Shown here: piece by piece, positions 6,921-16,517 of the stretch | How positions within the stretch are numbered: the first letter of the stretch is position 1 | Layout: each line of letters begins with the position of its first letter | NCBI GenBank assembly: GCA_041946805.1 | Contig: JBHGBC010000136.1 | Coordinates: forward strand, 1 to 16,582 | Reading direction: 5' to 3' | DNA length: 16,582 bases | Source: a bacterium | GTDB lineage: Bacteria; Hinthialibacterota; Hinthialibacteria; Hinthialibacterales; Hinthialibacteraceae | Notes under the pieces: generated by a model | What the model saw: the letters and a program-made list of their open reading frames with translations, nothing else | Database searches by the model: none | Told to the model about the DNA's origin: nothing | Program-made: the position numbers and the translations under genes

Positions 6921-8609
6921 GTGAAAAAATTGCTCTTGTTCCGGCATCCGGCCGTTCTGTTGGTGTTCCTGATGCTCCCGGCGATGGATTCCCGGGGCGA
7001 TTTGACTTCCGGCGTGATCCGGTTTGTGGATATCGCGGCCCGCGCGGGCGTGAATTTTCTCCACGTCTCCGGGGATCCCAAGAAGAAGAACCTGATCATC
7101 GAGGCCAAGGGCGGCGGCCTGGCCCTGCTGGACGCGGACGGCGACGGGTGGCTCGATCTCTACTTCGTCAACGGCAGCACGATGAAGCCCCCGGCCGGGG
7201 ATCCGCCCAAGGACCGGCTCTACCGCAACAACCGGGACGGCACGTTCACCGATGTGACGGACGCCTCGGGCCTGGGCGACACGGAATGGGGCATGGGCTG
7301 CGCCGCGGCCGATTACGACAACGACGGCGATGTGGATCTCTATGTCACCAATAAAGGCCCCAACCGGCTGTATCAAAACGACGGGAAAGGCCATTTTACC
7401 GACGTGATGGACCACGCCGGCTGCCAGTCCCTATCGTACAGCACCGGGGTCTCCTTCGCGGATTACGACCGGGACGGTTTGGTGGATGTCGTCGTGGCCG
7501 ACTACCTGGACCTCAAATCCCTGCCGGAAAGCGCCAAGGCGGAATGGCGGGGTTTCGCCGTTTATCCCGGCCCGCGCGCTTACAATCCCTTGAAGATGTA
7601 TCTATTCCACAATAAAGGCGATGGGACCTTCGAGGACGTGACACAAAAATCGGGTATCGGCCAAGCGCCCCCGGCGTATCATTTCACCTGCCTCTGGGCG
7701 GATGTGGACGAAGACCAATACCCCGACCTCTACGTGGCCAACGACTCCATGCCCGGGTATCTCTTTATGAACCAGCGGGACGGGACCTTCGCCGAGAACG
7801 GGCTGCTCGCCGGTGTGTCGTACAGCGAAGACGGCACGGAAATGGCCTTCATGGGCGCGGCGTTCGGCGATCCCAACGGGGACGGCCATTGGGACCTCTC
7901 GGTCACCACCTTTTCGGAAGAACCGTTCCCGCTGTGGTTCGGGAGTGGCGACGGGACTTTTACGGATGTAACCTACGCCCGGGGGATCGGCAACCAAACC
8001 TACTCCTCCTTGGGCTGGGGAGTGCAATGGATCGACGTGGAGAACGACGGGGACGAGGACCTCTTTTTCTGCAACGGCCATGTGTATCCCGAGGCCGATC
8101 ATCCCGACCTGGACACCTCCTTCGCGCAAAAGGCCCAACTCTTCGAAAACGTGAAGGATGGTAAATTCGTTTGTGCTGAGACCGGGCTGGGCGATGATTT
8201 CTACATCCCCCGCGTGGGGCGCGGCTGCGCCAGCGGCGACCTCGACAACGATGGCGATCTCGACTTGGTGTTGACCTGCCTGAACGGTCATCCCGCGATC
8301 CTGCGGAATGACGGCGGCAACGCCAACCACTGGCTGCAACTGTCCTTGGAGGGAACCCGGTCCAACCGCATGGCCATTGGGGCGGTGGCGAAACTCCAAT
8401 CCGGCAGCCTGATCCAGATGCGGGAGGTCCGCAGCCAGTCCAGCTTCCTCTCGCAAAACAGCCCCGTGCTGCATTTCGGGCTGGGCCCCAATCCCCAGGC
8501 CGAACGGATCGAGATCCAATGGCCTTCCGGGTCGAAAACCGTCCTGGAAAACGTGAAGGCGGATCAACGCTTGTTCATCCGCGAAGACGCGAAGGAACCA
8601 CTCCAATGA
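6921..8609 (+). CDS. CRTAC1-family protein: FG-GAP/VCBS-type repeats plus C-terminal ASPIC/UnbV domain
   Basis: Seven D-x-D-x-D-G-x-x-D-L-like repeats (DADGDGWLDL, DYDNDGDVDL, DYDRDGLVDV, DVDEDQYPDL, DPNGDGHWDL, DVENDGDEDL, DLDNDGDLDL); C-terminal NHWLQLSLEG..SNRMAIGA...SFLSQNSPVLHFGLG...IEIQWPSG. The likely start is GTG 6921 (VKKLLL..., hydrophobic N-terminus, GAAGGGA upstream); the start is uncertain. Confidence 0.9.
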   Translation: MKKLLLFRHPAVLLVFLMLPAMDSRGDLTSGVIRFVDIAARAGVNFLHVSGDPKKKNLIIEAKGGGLALLDADGDGWLDLYFVNGSTMKPPAGDPPKDRLYRNNRDGTFTDVTDASGLGDTEWGMGCAAADYDNDGDVDLYVTNKGPNRLYQNDGKGHFTDVMDHAGCQSLSYSTGVSFADYDRDGLVDVVVADYLDLKSLPESAKAEWRGFAVYPGPRAYNPLKMYLFHNKGDGTFEDVTQKSGIGQAPPAYHFTCLWADVDEDQYPDLYVANDSMPGYLFMNQRDGTFAENGLLAGVSYSEDGTEMAFMGAAFGDPNGDGHWDLSVTTFSEEPFPLWFGSGDGTFTDVTYARGIGNQTYSSLGWGVQWIDVENDGDEDLFFCNGHVYPEADHPDLDTSFAQKAQLFENVKDGKFVCAETGLGDDFYIPRVGRGCASGDLDNDGDLDLVLTCLNGHPAILRNDGGNANHWLQLSLEGTRSNRMAIGAVAKLQSGSLIQMREVRSQSSFLSQNSPVLHFGLGPNPQAERIEIQWPSGSKTVLENVKADQRLFIREDAKEPLQ

Positions 8610-9934
8610 GGACAACCCAATCCTTGATGCTTCTCGCCCTGGCCGCGGCCCTTCTCGGCTGGATTCCCGGCGGCGGCGCGCAGGATTCAGGGAACCAAAG
8701 CGTCGATCTGGAGTTTCCGGACCATCCAGTGATCCAGGATCCCCAATTCGCGCGGAAGGAACGAGCGTTGTTGGAAACCTTGAGGGCGGAGCCGGACAAT
8801 CCCCGCGTGGAAATCGAATTGGCGCGGCTGTATCAAGCCCAGCGCTTCTATCCCCAGGCGGCCGCGTTGCTCGAAGAAGTAGCGTCCCGTCATCCGGAGA
8901 TCAGCGAGGCGCATTTCTATCTGGGGCAGATCTATGGCGTCCAGAAAACCGATCCACAACGCTCCTTGGATGAATTGCAGAAAGCCATCCAACTGGCGCC
9001 GGACCGGACCGAATACCGGGAAGAGATCGTCAACGTGTATTACCGGCTGCAACGCTACCCCCCCGCCCTGCGGCACCTCGAAGAAATCCTGATGCGGGAA
9101 CCGGACAACGCCGATGCCCTCTACCGTAAGGCGGCGATTCTCCACACCCAGGGGCGCGCCGGGGAAGCGGAGGCGATTGTCGATCGATTGCCCCATCACG
9201 AGCACGCCCGGGTGTTGCAGGCGATCATCCGGCAGCAGCGCGGCGAAAACGCCAAGCCCCTGTATGAAGCCATCCTGCGTGATTATCCCGAAGACATCCG
9301 GGCGCGGTATGAGTACGGCAAGATCCTCTTGAACGAAAAACAATTGCCGGCGGCGCGGGAGATCTTCGAAAAAATCATCAACGAGGATCCGTTCTACCAG
9401 CACGCCCTCTTCCAGTTGGTGAAAATCTATTCCTTTTCCAAAGAGACCGAAAAGGCCCGGCTGGCCAAGCAGAGCCTGGACACCATCAACCGGATGGGCC
9501 GCAACCAGAGGAATTTCTATCGCAGCTATCTGCGGCATCATCCCGACACGGCGGAAACCCATGAAGCCATGGGGCTGATTTATTTGGAAATCGGGCGGGG
9601 GAACCTGGCGGCCGATGAATTCCGCCGCGTGCTCGAATTCGCGCCAAAGCACCCCGAGGCGCCCTTCTACCTGGCTCAGATCTTCATGGCCAGCGATGAG
9701 TTTCGTGAAGCCCTTCCCTATCTCGAACAATGCCTCGCCGTCCGGGAAGACAAAGCCCGGCTGCACGCCTTGATGGCCCAATGTTATTTGGAACTGCAAG
9801 ACGCGGAAAACGCCCGCCGGCACTTGGACGCCGCCCTCCAGCTCGATCCCCGCGATCCCCTGGCCAACCGCATCCGGGAGTTATGGATGAAACGAAGCGA
9901 AGAGGCCGGAGAGGAAAAAATGAGGCAAGACTGA
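8606..9934 (+). CDS. exported tetratricopeptide-repeat protein
   Basis: ATGA start/stop overlap with the upstream gene (8606-8609); signal peptide MRTTQSLMLLALAAALLGWIPGGGA|Q; repeated TPR-type helices (AHFYLGQIY, AIQLAPD, APFYLAQIF, ALQLDPRD). Confidence 0.88.
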   Translation: MRTTQSLMLLALAAALLGWIPGGGAQDSGNQSVDLEFPDHPVIQDPQFARKERALLETLRAEPDNPRVEIELARLYQAQRFYPQAAALLEEVASRHPEISEAHFYLGQIYGVQKTDPQRSLDELQKAIQLAPDRTEYREEIVNVYYRLQRYPPALRHLEEILMREPDNADALYRKAAILHTQGRAGEAEAIVDRLPHHEHARVLQAIIRQQRGENAKPLYEAILRDYPEDIRARYEYGKILLNEKQLPAAREIFEKIINEDPFYQHALFQLVKIYSFSKETEKARLAKQSLDTINRMGRNQRNFYRSYLRHHPDTAETHEAMGLIYLEIGRGNLAADEFRRVLEFAPKHPEAPFYLAQIFMASDEFREALPYLEQCLAVREDKARLHALMAQCYLELQDAENARRHLDAALQLDPRDPLANRIRELWMKRSEEAGEEKMRQD

Positions 9935-10037
9935 AAGCGTGAGTCGGGGATTCATTTTTTTTATCTGTATCTCAAGGAATTTCAGGGGATTACCTAGTTT
10001 ATCATTCTTCCAATAGATCATTTTTTCAAAAAAGTTA

Positions 10038-10065
10038 TTGACAGATCGATAAAAGATGGTATTTT
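10038..10065 (+). promoter_or_regulatory. putative sigma70 promoter in the islet
   Basis: TTGACA (10038-10043), 16-bp spacer, TG-n-TATTTT extended -10 (10057-10065). The AT-rich background raises the chance of a false match. Confidence 0.4.
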
Positions 10066-10288
10066 TTATTAAAATATCTTTGTTTTATTTCTTGATGAAA
10101 ATTTATTGAGAAGATCATGTTTTACCATAAGCAAGAACTTTTAGAAAGTATAGGGTATGAATGGATGGGAGCGAGTAGTGACGTAAAGGTATTTTTGGGA
10201 GTATGTGTAGGGAAAAAATTGATAATTTTTTCATATACACATTAACTCAAAAAGGGATTTATAATCACATAGGTAGGGAGGTTTAAAT

Positions 10289-11284
10289 ATGTCTACAAAG
10301 AAGAACTCAAAAGAGACTAGCACACATACAGGTGATAAATCAATGACTGAAAAACCTACTGATCCACCGCAGAGCAGTCAAACCAAAGAATTGGAAATAT
10401 CCGATTTGTTATCAAAAATATATGAAGGATATGGTACCGCCGGTACTGATGATTTGCAAAAGGTCGCCAACAAAACGATTAAAGATTTTATCAAACAAGT
10501 GGCATCCAAATTTAACAGCTTTAATAGTTACAATATTCTGCTGCTATATGATCCTACTATATTAATTAAGAGTGATGCAGATGATATTTACAAAGCAGTT
10601 ACATTTTTCACAGAGAAAAAACCTATATTAATGATATTGCATTCTCGCGGTGGCGACACGGGCTCAGCATATCTTATAGGAAAGCTTTGTCGAGAGTACT
10701 GTAATGGAACCTTTATTATAAGTGTACCAAGAGCTGCTAAATCTGCCGCTACTCTTCTTTGTTGCGCTGCAGATGAGATACATATGGGGAGTCTGAGCGA
10801 ACTTGGACCTATCGATCCTCAAATAAATAACATGCCAGCACTTGGGCTAAAAAACTCAATTGAACATATCGCTCAGCTTGTGAAACAGACACCTGAATCA
10901 GCAGAGATGTTCGCGAAATATCTGAATTATTCTCTTAAACCAATAGATCTTGGATACTATGAAAGAGTTGCGGAGTCTGCTACCCAGTATGCTGAAAAGT
11001 TACTTGATACTCACAAAGAAAACCTAACACGGAAGGCGGCAGATCTAGCTTACGAACTAGTGTATACTTACAAAGACCATGGATTCATAATCGACAAGAC
11101 GGAAGCAAATAAAATCTTCGGTGACAAGACAGTAAAGACAAACACAGATGAGTACAACCTAGGAAACACTTTGTACATGACTCTATCGCTGATTGACAGC
11201 TTTGCCGACTACCTTGGCTATTATTTCTATATGATCGGATCATTTGATTCGGATCCAATTTTTAGGAAAAAGAAGAAGAAGTAG
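10289..11284 (+). CDS. SDH-family ClpP-fold serine protease
   Basis: ILHSRGGD, VPRAAKSAATLLCCAADEIHMG, SELGPIDPQI and YKDHG give Ser, Asp, His in that order; GGGAGG RBS upstream; no signal peptide. Confidence 0.85.
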   Translation: MSTKKNSKETSTHTGDKSMTEKPTDPPQSSQTKELEISDLLSKIYEGYGTAGTDDLQKVANKTIKDFIKQVASKFNSFNSYNILLLYDPTILIKSDADDIYKAVTFFTEKKPILMILHSRGGDTGSAYLIGKLCREYCNGTFIISVPRAAKSAATLLCCAADEIHMGSLSELGPIDPQINNMPALGLKNSIEHIAQLVKQTPESAEMFAKYLNYSLKPIDLGYYERVAESATQYAEKLLDTHKENLTRKAADLAYELVYTYKDHGFIIDKTEANKIFGDKTVKTNTDEYNLGNTLYMTLSLIDSFADYLGYYFYMIGSFDSDPIFRKKKKK

Positions 11285-11412
11285 GATGCATAATAACATT
11301 TTGATTTTGACAACTTATGTTTGATTTGAATCTTTCATTTTTTTATAAAACCTAAGGTACTCGACATTACATGGCAGCGAATCTCACCAGTATCGTTATC
11401 ATCCCTCCCTCC

Positions 11413-12768
11413 TCACCCCGCCCCCGCCTCCATCTCGTCCTGAATGTACGTCTTCTCCTGATACCGCATCGCCACGAAGATGAAGACCACCGCCGTGGCC
11501 AGCATGAGGCCCGCGAAGAAGAGGTAGTAGTCCGCGCCCGCCAGCTTGCTGGTCCCGTCCGGATTCTCGATGAAATAATTCACCGCAAAGGTGAAGAAGT
11601 TGCCCAGCGAGATGGACAAGAGGTACGCGGACATCACGAACGACTTCATCTTCTTGGGAGCCTGGGTGTAGGCGAATTCCAGGGAGGTGATCGAAATGAA
11701 GATCTCGGCCGCCGTCATGACCACGTACGTGACGAACTGCCAGACGATGTTGGGGCGCTCGCCCGCGCCGATCCGCGTCTCGATCCAGGCGCAGATGAGA
11801 AACGAAGCCGCCGTGAGGAACATGCCGATGGTGATCTTGCGCAGCGGCGTCAGGGGGAAAACTTTGCTGATGAGGGGATAGATGACGTACGAAAAGAGGG
11901 GGATGAAGATCAGGATGAGGATGGGATTGATCGCCTGCAGCTGCGAGGGGAGCCACTCGAAGCCCAGCCAGTTCCGGTCCATCTTTTCGGCCTGCAGCAC
12001 CCAGGCCGAGCCGGTCTGATCGTACAGCGCCCAGAACATCGCCACGAACAGGTAGATCACGGCCAGCTTGCCCAACGCGCCCAGCCCTTCGCGGCTGAAG
12101 GTCTCCTTCAAAAATCCGATCCCTCCCGCGGGGATATGGACATATTTTCTTCTCCCCATCCAAAACACCACCGTGGCGATGAACATCAGGATGCCGGGAA
12201 CCGCGAAGGCCACGTGCGGGCCGAATTTTTCGAGCAGCCACGGGGTCAAGAGCGTCGAGAAGAACGAACCGAAATTGATCGAGAAATAAAACCACCCGTA
12301 CACGCGCTCGATCAGGTGCTTGTTGGTCTGGCCGAACTGGTCGCCGACATTGGCCGAAACGCAGGGCTTGATGCCGCCCGAGCCCACGGCGATCAGCACC
12401 AGCCCCGTGGCCAGGCCCAGGCGGGTGTCATCCAGGGCCAGGGCCAGATGACCCAGGCAGTACACCAGCGAGAGCCAGATGATCGTGCGGTACTTGCCCA
12501 ATAGGGCGTCGGCGAGCAGGGCGCCGAAGAACGGCGTGAAATACACCGCCGCCACGAAGAGGTGGAAATACGACTTGGCCTCCTCCTCGCCCATGACGTC
12601 CAACACGCCGCCGGCGCCCATCAGGTACTGGGTCATGAACACCACCAGGATGGTCCGCATGCCGTAGAAGCTGAACCGCTCCGCGGCCTCGTTGACCACG
12701 ATGTAGGGAACGCCCGGAGGCATGTGGGGGGTTTTGATGGGCGCGGTGAGATATTGTGTCTTTTTCAT
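11413..12768 (-). CDS. POT/PTR family proton-dependent oligopeptide transporter (MFS)
   Basis: [10 protein letters not shown] (ExxERFxYY-type motif), [55 protein letters not shown]. Confidence 0.95.
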   Translation of the reverse strand: MKKTQYLTAPIKTPHMPPGVPYIVVNEAAERFSFYGMRTILVVFMTQYLMGAGGVLDVMGEEEAKSYFHLFVAAVYFTPFFGALLADALLGKYRTIIWLSLVYCLGHLALALDDTRLGLATGLVLIAVGSGGIKPCVSANVGDQFGQTNKHLIERVYGWFYFSINFGSFFSTLLTPWLLEKFGPHVAFAVPGILMFIATVVFWMGRRKYVHIPAGGIGFLKETFSREGLGALGKLAVIYLFVAMFWALYDQTGSAWVLQAEKMDRNWLGFEWLPSQLQAINPILILIFIPLFSYVIYPLISKVFPLTPLRKITIGMFLTAASFLICAWIETRIGAGERPNIVWQFVTYVVMTAAEIFISITSLEFAYTQAPKKMKSFVMSAYLLSISLGNFFTFAVNYFIENPDGTSKLAGADYYLFFAGLMLATAVVFIFVAMRYQEKTYIQDEMEAGAG

Positions 12769-13017
12769 CGATGTGTTTATCCCTCACTACGGGATTTGCG
12801 TGTCCTGCTGGAGCAACGGGATATAGTATGGGAAATCCGCCCCGGAGGGTAGTTGTTGGCGCGGGGATGGCGACAAGGGAAAGAGTGGCCGATTCCCCGG
12901 CGAGAGATCCCACCCATCTATGAGATTTCGCGCACCATGGTATCGTGGTGGGCTATCCGGCCGGCCCTCGGCCCCGGCGGTCTCAGGCCTCATGAATCAT
13001 CAAGGCGGGAAGGCATC

Positions 13018-14550
13018 ATGGATCTCAGCGTCATGGACATCGGGGTATTCGCGCTTTTTTACGGTGTGGTGATCGCGGTCAGTTTGTACAAAAGCCGCCA
13101 GGAACAGAACAGCGTGGATTATTTTCTGGCCGGCCGGGGGCTCCCGTGGTGGCTGATCGGACTGTCAATTCTCGCGGCCAACATCTCCACCGAGCAGTTC
13201 GTGGGCATGGCCGGCCAGGGGGCGGGGACGGTGGGCCTGGCGGTGAGCGCGTGGCAGCTGACCGGCTCGGTGGGGATCGTGATCATCGCGTTCACCTTCC
13301 TGCCGCGCTTTCTGCGAAGCGGGATCTACACCATGCCCGAATACCTGGAGTACCGCTACAACGCCGCCGCCCGCGCCATCATGGCCGTTTACACCATGCT
13401 GATCTACGTGACGGTGACGATCACGGCGGTGCTCTATTCGGGGGGATTGACGCTCTCCACCATCTTCGAAACCGACCTGACCCTGTCGATCTGGATCATC
13501 GGCCTCATCGCGGCGTTCTACACCACCTGGGGCGGACTGAAGGCCGTGGCCTGGGCGGACTTGTTTCTGGGGAGCGCGCTCCTGCTGGGCGGGGCCCTTA
13601 CCCTGTTTTACGGCATGCAAGCCGTGGGGAGCGTGTCCGCGTTTTTTGAGGCCAACCGCGACCGGCTGCACATGGTATTGCCCGCGGATCACACCGAACT
13701 GCCCTGGACAGGCGTGCTGTTGGGGATGTGGATCCCGATTTTTTATTACTGCGGGCTGAACCAGTTCATCGTGCAGCGGACCCTGGCCGCCCGCAGCCTG
13801 AGGGAAGGGCAACTGGGCGTGATCTTCACCGGCGCGCTCTGGCTGCTGGTTCCCTTCGTCATCGTCTTTCCGGGAATCATCGCCCACCAGTTGTATGGAG
13901 AGCAGCTGGCCACGTCCGACCAGGCCTATCCGATGCTGATCCGCCATTTGATCCCCCCCGGCATCCGCGGCTTCATGATGGCGGCGATCGCGGGCGCGGT
14001 GATCAGCTCCCTGGCCTCGATGCTGAATTCGGCTTCCACCATTTTCACCATGGACTTGTTTCTGCGGCATGTCCAACCCCAGGCCTCCCAGCGGGTCATC
14101 GTGGCGGTGGGCCGGATCATGACGGTGATCTTCGTGCTGACCGGCTGCTGGATCGCGCCTTACCTGGCCCTGCCCCGGTTCAAGGGGGTATTCAATTTCA
14201 TCCAGGAATTTCAAGGCTATATCTCACCCGGCATCCTGGCGGCGTTCGTGTTCGGATTTCTGTTCCCCCGCGCGCCGGGGTCCGCGGGCGTCACCGCCCT
14301 GCTGGTCAGCGCGCCGTTGTATGGCCTCTTTCAGTGGCAATTCAGTTCGGTCCATTTTCTGATCCGCATGGCCGCCACGTTCGCCTGCGTCACCGGGCTG
14401 ATGGGATTGATCACGGCTTGGCGGCCTCTGCCCAGCCCGCGCGTGATTCCCCAAAAGCACGACATCGACCTGCGGCCCTCGCCTCTGGCCAAGGTCCTGG
14501 GCGCGCTGGTCATCACCGCCGTGATCCTGTTTTTCATCGTTTTTTGGTAA
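13018..14550 (+). CDS. sodium:solute symporter (SSS/SLC5), vSGLT-like probable sugar transporter
   Basis: DYFLAGRGLPWWLIGLSILAANISTEQFVGMAG, IYTMPEYLEYRY, GGLKAVAWAD, NQFIVQRTLAA, SSLASMLNSASTIFTMD. Start set at ATG 13018, after GGGAAGG. Confidence 0.93.
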   Translation: MDLSVMDIGVFALFYGVVIAVSLYKSRQEQNSVDYFLAGRGLPWWLIGLSILAANISTEQFVGMAGQGAGTVGLAVSAWQLTGSVGIVIIAFTFLPRFLRSGIYTMPEYLEYRYNAAARAIMAVYTMLIYVTVTITAVLYSGGLTLSTIFETDLTLSIWIIGLIAAFYTTWGGLKAVAWADLFLGSALLLGGALTLFYGMQAVGSVSAFFEANRDRLHMVLPADHTELPWTGVLLGMWIPIFYYCGLNQFIVQRTLAARSLREGQLGVIFTGALWLLVPFVIVFPGIIAHQLYGEQLATSDQAYPMLIRHLIPPGIRGFMMAAIAGAVISSLASMLNSASTIFTMDLFLRHVQPQASQRVIVAVGRIMTVIFVLTGCWIAPYLALPRFKGVFNFIQEFQGYISPGILAAFVFGFLFPRAPGSAGVTALLVSAPLYGLFQWQFSSVHFLIRMAATFACVTGLMGLITAWRPLPSPRVIPQKHDIDLRPSPLAKVLGALVITAVILFFIVFW

Positions 14551-14734
14551 AAAAATCGGGATTCCGCGGCCGTGGATCCAGTAACCGCTGCATCCCATTG
14601 GATGTGATCCTCCATCCGCCGTTTAACCCTCTTACCTTCCCTTTCCTCCCTCCAGAGCCGCCGTCCATCACATTCCGGCGGCCTGCCGCTTCGATTACAT
14701 ATACATTTTCTACTACCTCCTCCCCTAGTGGGAA

Positions 14735-14781
14735 CGGACAAGGAGGGGGGGATTTCATAGAATCACTCCCCTCCTTGTCCG
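14735..14781. repeat. long intergenic inverted repeat
   Basis: CGGACAAGGAGGGG (14735-14748) / CCCCTCCTTGTCCG (14768-14781), 14 bp perfect, extended inward by GATT/AATC. Confidence 0.8.
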
Positions 14782-14967
14782 GCACAAACTATACCTGGCG
14801 CGGCCGGATCTCGTGAAAGCCAGTGGCGAGAGGCGCAGAAGCCAGATTTCCTTCCCATTCACCCCACCCACATGTCCCAGGTGAACTAGAAATTCATCCT
14901 CTTTTCTGAGATGAATTATTGGACTCATTCTTTCCCAAACCGATGACCAGGGAGGCGCGGCCAGCTC

Positions 14968-16407
14968 ATGATCGACCGCCGGGGATGGCTTAAATCCTTG
15001 ACCGCGGGCCTTTGTTCACTCACCGCCGGACGTTCTCTCGGATCCTGGGCGGCCGAAACGCCCAAGCCCGAGGCGCCCGCGCCCGTGAACCCTTCCCCGT
15101 TCCGCCACCGGGGCTACCTGGGGTGGATCACCGATCTCGCCGCCCGGCCCGACGCCAACGCGCCCTGGCCTTCCATGCGCTTGGATACTCGTCTGCTGGA
15201 GGATTACCGCCAGTGCTGCGGAGTGCTGCGGCGGCTGGGATTTAACGAGATATCCATCTGGGGGCTGTATGTGTCCCGCGCCTGGCCGGTGGATATTGTC
15301 AGCAGCGTGACGCCCGAACGCGGCGCGCTGGTGGAGCAACTGATCGAGACGGCGCGTCAAAGCGGATTGCGCGTGCTTTCGGGCCTGGGCGTGTACAGCT
15401 GGGGATTCGACGACATCATCGCCGTTCATCCCCAACTCAGCCGGGGCAATCCCCACGCCCTGTGCGCCAGCGAGCCGCAATCGTGGGAATGGATGCGGAA
15501 AGTGCTGGATTTCGTGTTCACCCGGTTTCCCATCGACGGCGTCAGCCTGCAGTCCGCCGATCAGGGGCGCTGCCGCTGCGAGGCTTGCGCGAAACTCAGC
15601 GATCCCGAATATCACGCGCTCTTGAACACCCGGACGGCGGACTACATCCGCCGGCAATGGCCGGACAAGACCATCGGCGTGAACAGCTGGGGCATGCGCT
15701 TCGGCGATCCCGCCGCGCGGCCGGCCCTGGTGGACATGAGCGGCCGCATTGATTACTTGATCGACGTCCACGACAGCAGCCGCGCGGAGAACCCCGCGTA
15801 CCGGAAACAGCTGATCCAAAACTTGAAATGCGATTTCGGCACCCTGGGCGGGCCGCAGGTGGAGCCGCCCCAGCATTGGCAGCGCGACCGCTGGTTCCTG
15901 CCCACGGCCAAGGGCGCGGCGAAACACCTCCAGGAACTGGCCGCCGACGGCGGGCGGGCGTGTGAATATTTCTTCCATATCCTGGAAAATCCCGGCGATG
16001 AACTCACCCTGTGGGTGGCGGGCAAGGTTCTGTCTGATCCCACGGTCCCATGGGAAAACCACTTGCGGGATTCGGTGCAAGAACTGTACGGTGTGGAACG
16101 CCCCGCCGCCCGCGACGCCCTGGCCGAACTGTTCGTGGACGCCGAGGACGCGTATTTCAAGCATCTCGATAAGGTCCCCTGCGGGACCATCTCACTCGAA
16201 CCGCTGATCGGAGACCAGCCGGGACCGCCCATCTACTTGCAACCGGGATTGAATGACCAACAGCGGGAGGAATACCGGAAAGACCTGCGCGCCATCCAGG
16301 AACGCTTCATCCAATTGGTTCCGGAAGTGCCTCAGAAGGAGAGGATGCGCAAGGTGATCGTCTGCCTGGAAAACGCAATGAAGGATATCGGCCCGTTGAA
16401 ACCGTAA
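14968..16407 (+). CDS. Tat-exported uncharacterised protein, possibly a glycoside-hydrolase-like TIM barrel
   Basis: Twin-arginine signal MIDRRGWLKSLTAGL...SWA|A; Pro-rich linker; pattern SPFRHRGYLGW...LGFNEISIWG...ARQSGLRVL...IDGVSLQSAD; a CRCEAC cysteine motif; GGAGG at 14951-14955. The CDS is confident, the function speculative. Confidence 0.7.
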   Translation: MIDRRGWLKSLTAGLCSLTAGRSLGSWAAETPKPEAPAPVNPSPFRHRGYLGWITDLAARPDANAPWPSMRLDTRLLEDYRQCCGVLRRLGFNEISIWGLYVSRAWPVDIVSSVTPERGALVEQLIETARQSGLRVLSGLGVYSWGFDDIIAVHPQLSRGNPHALCASEPQSWEWMRKVLDFVFTRFPIDGVSLQSADQGRCRCEACAKLSDPEYHALLNTRTADYIRRQWPDKTIGVNSWGMRFGDPAARPALVDMSGRIDYLIDVHDSSRAENPAYRKQLIQNLKCDFGTLGGPQVEPPQHWQRDRWFLPTAKGAAKHLQELAADGGRACEYFFHILENPGDELTLWVAGKVLSDPTVPWENHLRDSVQELYGVERPAARDALAELFVDAEDAYFKHLDKVPCGTISLEPLIGDQPGPPIYLQPGLNDQQREEYRKDLRAIQERFIQLVPEVPQKERMRKVIVCLENAMKDIGPLKP

Positions 16408-16517
16408 GAACTGATCTTCAAGAATGACAGGAAATTGTTCATCCGATCAGAGCGTACATTTTTCCGGGAGCCTGACCGGTTATCGATTAGACGGATTGGA
16501 AAGAGCGGCCCTAAATC

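Larger units (their letters stand above)
9955..11360. other. AT-rich islet, probably horizontally acquired (boundaries approximate)
   Basis: Abrupt switch from GC-rich sequence to poly-A/T-rich sequence with A/T-ending codons, and back again. Confidence 0.8.

Noticed and set aside
7602..9823. Long minus-strand ORFs (337 aa and 378 aa), and similar ones at 13165-14214 and 15016-16164
   Set aside because: They lie entirely opposite well-supported genes and are explained by codon bias.
9935..11412. att sites, target-site duplication or integron attC around the AT-rich islet
   Set aside because: I found no convincing direct or inverted repeat at the boundaries by eye, and there is no tRNA or integrase nearby.
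11371..12504. 377-aa plus-strand ORF
   Set aside because: Antisense shadow of the POT transporter; no recognisable motifs; long antisense ORFs are expected in GC-rich coding DNA.
12769..13017. Riboswitch in the divergent POT/SSS intergenic region (also considered upstream of the amino-acid permease)
   Set aside because: No recognisable aptamer consensus or terminator/anti-terminator; an Rfam cmscan would be needed to exclude it fully.
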